Shown in pieces: positions 59,419 to 64,000 of a DNA stretch of 64,000 bases. Both the position numbers and the translations under genes were made by a program. The stretch is taken from assembly GCA_965248835.1 (NCBI GenBank), contig CBDFLJ010000002.1, positions 2,080,001-2,144,000 on the forward strand, in the 5' to 3' direction. Each line of letters opens with the position of its first letter. Positions within the stretch are counted from its first letter, which is position 1. Origin of the DNA: Alphaproteobacteria bacterium. GTDB taxonomy: Bacteria; Pseudomonadota; Alphaproteobacteria; MPNO01. Below the pieces are notes generated by a model. The model worked only from the letters and a program-made list of their open reading frames with translations, was not told the origin of the DNA and did not search any database.

Positions 59419-60483
59419 ATGGGCCGGTCGATCGGCGATATCCCCGAGGCGGTGCGCGGCCTGATCGGCCGGGGCGCGGCGATCCCGGCCCACCCGCTGG
59501 CGCTGGATGCCGACCGAAAGCTCGATCCGCGGCGCCAGCGCGCGCTGTCGCGCTATTACCTCGATGCCGGCGCGGGCGGGCTTGCGGTCGGCGTCCATTC
59601 CACCCAGTTCGCGATCCGCGACGTCGGGCTCTATGCCCCGGTTCTGGAGCGCGCCGCCGAGACCGTCGATGAATGGGTCAACCGGCCGGTCGCGATGATC
59701 GCGGGTCTTGCCGGGCGGACCGCACAAGCCGTTGCCGAGGCGCAGACCGCGTCCGCGCTCGGCTATCACGCGGGACTTCTGAGCCTGGCCGGCATGAGGG
59801 GCGCCGGCGAGGACGAGCTCCTCGCGCACTGCGAGCGGATCGCCCGGGAAATCCCTCTGGTCGGCTTCTACCTGCAGCCCGCGGTCGGCGGCGTGCCGCT
59901 CGGCCCGTCGTTCTGGCGCCGCTTCGCCGCGATCGAGAACGTGATCGCGATCAAGGCCGCCCCGTTCAACCGCTACCACACGCTCGACGTCATCCGCGGC
60001 GTTGTCGAGGCGGGCGCCGAGGATCGGATCGCGATCTATACCGGCAACGACGACCACATCGTGCTCGACCTCCTGGCCCCGTTCGCGGTCCGCCGCGGAG
60101 CCGAGGAGATCAGGGTGCGGATCAAAGGCGGTCTCCTGGGCCACTGGAGCATCTGGACCAAACGCGCGGTCGAGATCCTGGCGCGCATCCACGACGCGGT
60201 CGCTTCCGACATCGTCGATGCCGACCTGCTGGCGCTCGATTCCCGGGTGACCGACTGCAACAGCGCGGTGTTCGATACCGCCAACGGCTACCGCGGCTGC
60301 ATCGCCGGCTGCCACGAGGTCCTGCGCCGTCAGGGCCTGCTCGACGGCATCTGGTGCCTCGACCCCGACGAAGGGCTGAGCCCCGGCCAGGCCGAAGAGA
60401 TCGACCGGGTGCACGCGGCCCACCCCGACCTCAACGACGACGAATTCGTGGCCGGGAACCTCGATCGCTGGCTGGCCCACTGA
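59419..60483 (+). CDS. Dihydrodipicolinate synthase-like aldolase/lyase
   Basis: IPAHPLAL, GVHSTQF, GFYLQPAVGG, IKAAPFNRY (Schiff-base Lys), YTGNDD. Confidence 0.85.
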   Translation: MGRSIGDIPEAVRGLIGRGAAIPAHPLALDADRKLDPRRQRALSRYYLDAGAGGLAVGVHSTQFAIRDVGLYAPVLERAAETVDEWVNRPVAMIAGLAGRTAQAVAEAQTASALGYHAGLLSLAGMRGAGEDELLAHCERIAREIPLVGFYLQPAVGGVPLGPSFWRRFAAIENVIAIKAAPFNRYHTLDVIRGVVEAGAEDRIAIYTGNDDHIVLDLLAPFAVRRGAEEIRVRIKGGLLGHWSIWTKRAVEILARIHDAVASDIVDADLLALDSRVTDCNSAVFDTANGYRGCIAGCHEVLRRQGLLDGIWCLDPDEGLSPGQAEEIDRVHAAHPDLNDDEFVAGNLDRWLAH

Positions 60484-60671
60484 CCCGGGTCGGGCCGGGC
60501 ACGCCCATGGGCGAGCTGTTGCGGCGCTATTGGCTGCCGGCGGTAAAATCCGATGAGGTTGCCGAGCCCGACGGCGCGCCGCTGCGCCTTCGTCTGCTGG
60601 GCGAGGCGTTGATCGTCTTCCGCGACACCGAGGGCCGGGTCGGCATCCTCGATCAGTTCTGCCGCCACCGC
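60480..60671 (+). pseudogene. N-terminal fragment of a Rieske oxygenase (phthalate 4,5-dioxygenase / LigXa type)
   Basis: LTRVGPGTPMGELLRRYWLP..LLGE.LIVFRDTEGRVG..CRHR, cut off after the first CxH. Confidence 0.85.
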
Positions 60672-61171
60672 CTTGACGCCGGTGACGCCGGAGACCTTTG
60701 CCATCGCATTCCACACCAGCTCGATCTCCGGAAGGGCGCGGCGCTTGGCAACGATCGTCTTGCCTTTCAGGTCGGCAAGCGTCGAGACCCCGCTGCCCTT
60801 GCGGACAAGCATCCAGCGGAACGAGGCCTGGCCCTGGACGACCAGCTGGATGTCGATTTTTTCTTGAAGTTGTGGGTGCCGTTGTAGCCGGTGAAGGCAG
60901 CGAAGGCGTTGGCCAGCGCAAACTCGATCCGCTTGCCGGCGAGGCCGCGGTTATTGGCCGAGGAGCCGCCGACCGGCTCGACGGTCGCGTTGATCTTGGC
61001 GTGCCTGGTGATCACCTCCGAGGCGCCGATGGCGATCGTATAAAACACGCTGCCGACGCTCGACGTCCCGATCCTGATCACGTCCTGCGCCGCCGCGGCG
61101 CCCGCGAGCACGAATGTCGCCGTGGCGACCGCGAGACCTGCTCGCACGAACCCCTTGAGCCAACCTCCCAT
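60667..61171 (-). pseudogene. 5' fragment of a TAXI-family TRAP solute receptor
   Basis: Signal peptide, IGTSSVGSVFY, GGSSAN, DLKGK; frameshift in the A6 run (60857-60862); truncated at the Rieske fragment. Confidence 0.8.
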
Positions 61172-61568
61172 TGTTGCCTATCGAGCATCGACACTAACAG
61201 AGCCGAAAGACCGCTCCAAAAGACGGCCGCGGCCTCGACGGGCCGGTCCATGGTTTCATAACCGCTGTGAAAACGAGGCCGAGGAAGCAGGTGCCCGGTC
61301 TTGCCCGGGACCGGGAGAAAATCGATGGATCCTGCCGAGAACGCGGTTGAGGCCGGCGCGAGCCGCCTTTCCACAACTCGCGCCCGGTCGTCGATGCCTG
61401 CCGCCCGTGGGAATGGAAGGAGACCTTCGCCAAGCTCGCTTCGGCAAGTGCGGACCTGCGGCGAAAGACGGCCGCGAAACGGCGCCAGGTCCTGGATCGA
61501 AGATAGCCCAGGTTGGGCCGACCGGCTCGATCCGCAGACCGCACCGGTATGGGATAAATTGCGGCCGC

Positions 61569-62003
61569 CTATCGGTCGAGCGGCATGGCGACCATGCCTT
61601 CGATCTCGATCAGCATTTTCGGGTGGGCGAGCTCGGCCACGCCGACCAGCGTGCGGGGCGGCGGGTTGGCCGGGTCGAAGTGCCGCGCGGAAATCTCGTT
61701 CAGAATGTCCTGGCCGGTCATGTCGGTCAGGTAGACGTTGAGCTTGACCACCTGGGAGAAATCGGCTTCGGCGGCGGCGAGGATGGTCCCGATATTGGCG
61801 AAGGTCTTCTCGGTCTGATCGCGCATATCGCCTGAGAGCCACTCTTGCTCCGCGACCGGGTCGTGCGGATGCGTGTGGTAGATCGGGATCGGCCCGCAGC
61901 CCGAGAACAGCACCAGCCTTGCGTTCTCCACGGCGAATGCCGCGCTGAACGGGCTTTTGTGCTCGGGCTCGAGCGGAATGTGATGGATGGGGATGATCGC
62001 CAT
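61569..62003 (-). CDS. RidA / YjgF family protein
   Basis: VVKLNVYLTD, PPRT.VGV..L..P..LIEIE. Confidence 0.88.
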   Translation of the reverse strand: MAIIPIHHIPLEPEHKSPFSAAFAVENARLVLFSGCGPIPIYHTHPHDPVAEQEWLSGDMRDQTEKTFANIGTILAAAEADFSQVVKLNVYLTDMTGQDILNEISARHFDPANPPPRTLVGVAELAHPKMLIEIEGMVAMPLDR

Positions 62004-62158
62004 GGCTTGCGCTCTCTCGTCTGGGCCCGCGCGGCGGCGGGGACAATTTCCCGTCGAGGCGCCCTGTGCTCCCCGACGCGGCGGGCATCGTGCGGGACCT
62101 CGCCGGGCGCCGCAACGGGCGCACACGACGTGATGGCCGAGCGCACGCCCGATCGGGC

Positions 62159-63154
62159 TCAGACGCGGGCGCGCTCGCGCGTCGTGGGATGGAACAGCTC
62201 CGCCGGCTCCATTTCGCGCACGGCCAGGCCTTGGGCGTGGGAATAGCGGACCATCGCCGCGAGCTCGGCCAGGTTATCCTGGAAGCCGTAGGGCCAGATG
62301 TCGGGGCCGAGCAGCGCGCGGGTGGCCTCGATCTCGGCTGCGATCCACGGCATCGAGACATGCGGCGCGGTCACGTCGTCGAGCGCAGCCACCGCCAGGG
62401 TCTTGGCCGCGAGGAAGGCCTTGTAGAGGCTCGCCGGCAGCCACGGATGGACTTCCGCCAGGCTCTCGCGCACCACCAGCGTGTGCATGATCGGGTAGAG
62501 CCGGGTCTTTCTGTAATAGGCCTCCTCGGCCGCACGGTAGTCGGGGAATAGCCGCCGAACCGCCCCCTTGCCGTCCGGGTCGAAACACGACGGCGCGCGG
62601 GCGCTGATCACAGCCGTCAGGGCGCCGTCCGCCAGCATCGGCGACAAGGACTGATCCGCGTCGATCGGCTCGACGGTGATCGCGGACGGCAGGTCGAGCC
62701 GGAAGGCGCCGTAGCGCCCGGGCTGCTCCAGCCCGCCGGTGCGCCAATGGATGTCGGAGGGCAACACGCCGTACTCATCGGCCAGCATGCCGCGCACCCA
62801 GAGCGCGGCGGTCATCGCATAGACCGGCACCCCGACCTGCCTGCCCTTCAGCTCCTCGGGCCGCTCGATGCCGGCGTCAGCCCGGACATACAGCGCCGAA
62901 TGCCGGAACATCCGCGAGGTGAAGACCGGGATCGCGATATAGGGGATCTCGCCGCGCGAGCGCGCAAGGATGTAGGACGACAGCGAGACCTCGGCGACGT
63001 CGAATTCCTGGTTGGTGAACGTCCGATACGAGGACTCTTCGATCGGGATCGGGAAATAGGCGGTCTCGCAGCCTTCGACGGCAACGCGCCGGTCGATGAC
63101 GGGCCTCACCCGATCGTAATCACCGGTGGCGATGGTGATGGGAAGCTTCGCCAT
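62159..63154 (-). CDS. 4,5-dihydroxyphthalate decarboxylase-like protein
   Basis: GDYDR, EFDVAEVSLSSY, PVFTSRMFRHS, VGVP.YAMTA.LWVRG, PIMH. Confidence 0.85.
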   Translation of the reverse strand: MAKLPITIATGDYDRVRPVIDRRVAVEGCETAYFPIPIEESSYRTFTNQEFDVAEVSLSSYILARSRGEIPYIAIPVFTSRMFRHSALYVRADAGIERPEELKGRQVGVPVYAMTAALWVRGMLADEYGVLPSDIHWRTGGLEQPGRYGAFRLDLPSAITVEPIDADQSLSPMLADGALTAVISARAPSCFDPDGKGAVRRLFPDYRAAEEAYYRKTRLYPIMHTLVVRESLAEVHPWLPASLYKAFLAAKTLAVAALDDVTAPHVSMPWIAAEIEATRALLGPDIWPYGFQDNLAELAAMVRYSHAQGLAVREMEPAELFHPTTRERARV

Positions 63155-63186
63155 TAAATGGATTTAAATCGTGAAATATCAATCTA

Positions 63187-64000
63187 TTAGAAATTTACCT
63201 TATCACCACCCTTCAGGTTAAGCCGCGCCCTTGCCTCCTCCGGCGTGGCGACTTCGAGCGAGAGCTCCTCGATGATCCGACGAATTTTGGCCACCTGCTC
63301 GGCATTCGACTCGGCCAGTCGGCCGCGGCCGGCATACAGGCTGTCCTCGAGACCGACGCGGACATTGCCGCCCATCATCGCACCCATCGTGCACAGGCTC
63401 ATCTGGTGGCGGCCGGCGCCGAGGATCGACCATTCGTAGTCCTCGCCGAACAACCGGTCGGCGGTCTGCTTCATGAAGACCAGGTTCTCCTTGTCGGTGC
63501 CGATGCCGCCGAGGATGCCGAAGATCGTCTGGACGAACATCGGCGGCTCGACCAGCCCGCGGTCGAGGAAGTGAGCGAGGTTGTAGAGATGGCCGACATC
63601 GTAGCACTCGAACTCGAACCGGGTGCCGTGCGCCTGCCCCAGGTCCTTAAGGATTCGTTCTATATCGCGGAACGTGTTACGAAAAATGAAATCGTCCGTG
63701 CCGCGCAGATAAGGCTCTTCCCAGTCGTGTTTCCACGTCGAGAACCGGTCCGCGGCCTGGAAGATGCCGAAGTTCATCGAGCCCATGTTGAGCGAGGCGA
63801 CCTCGGGCTTGGCGACCAGGGCCGCGGCCATGCGCTCCTCGACGGTCATGCCGAGCCCGCCGCCGGTGGTGATGTTGATGACCGCATCGGTGTTCTGCTT
63901 GATGCGGGGCAGGAAGTCCATGAACACCGAGGGGTCGGGCGTCGGCCGGCCGTCGCGCGGATCACGGGCGTGGAGATGCAGGATCGAGGCGCCGGCCTCG
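63187..64000 (-). CDS. Beta-keto acid cleavage enzyme (3-keto-5-aminohexanoate cleavage / DUF849 family), 5' partial
   Basis: EAGASILHLHARD, NITTGG, ASLNMGS, EFECYD, GNVRVGLED. Confidence 0.92.
   Translation of the reverse strand, partial: EAGASILHLHARDPRDGRPTPDPSVFMDFLPRIKQNTDAVINITTGGGLGMTVEERMAAALVAKPEVASLNMGSMNFGIFQAADRFSTWKHDWEEPYLRGTDDFIFRNTFRDIERILKDLGQAHGTRFEFECYDVGHLYNLAHFLDRGLVEPPMFVQTIFGILGGIGTDKENLVFMKQTADRLFGEDYEWSILGAGRHQMSLCTMGAMMGGNVRVGLEDSLYAGRGRLAESNAEQVAKIRRIIEELSLEVATPEEARARLNLKGGDKVNF

Noticed and set aside
61200-61560. Possible degraded gene between the TAXI fragment and ridA
   Set aside because: Protein-like stretches in several frames but no identifiable motif
723-63927. 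Many long antisense or alternate-frame ORFs (e.g. 3945..6032, 8223..10403, 18026..20632, 50027..52576)
   Set aside because: Arg/Gly/Pro-rich shadow ORFs expected in high-GC DNA overlapping well-supported genes

Overview
GC-rich bacterial window with alphaproteobacterial-type gene content; the host is inferred, possibly a marine or invertebrate-associated lineage. It opens with the end of a probable integrated element: a 3'-half tRNA-Phe att copy at 613-657. About 33 kb of aromatic and organic-acid catabolism follows: flavin monooxygenases, CoA ligases, Mch, a PaaA-like di-iron protein, a Mo-hydroxylase large subunit, MhpB, an MsmAB-like Rieske pair, XylE and two TRAP systems. This part hides two AhpD-like selenoprotein genes that the ORF track splits at in-frame TGA codons (CNYU at 11285-11287, CFYU at 26076-26078), each with a SECIS-like hairpin. 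An IS-remnant-bounded accessory block (about 34.7-55.1 kb) is the most novel part. It carries ispA-dxs and a TolC / PAS-fused MacA-like adaptor / MacB-type exporter operon. Next to it is an array of five paralogous Sec-signal-peptide, Cys-rich proteins (12 Cys when full length) with shared promoters and leaders and shuffled, decaying domains. Two of these copies flank a 1267-aa FG-GAP/CRTAC1-vanadium-haloperoxidase fusion. The last 9 kb is more catabolic genes plus a deletion scar. All family calls come from motif recognition by eye; no database searches were run.
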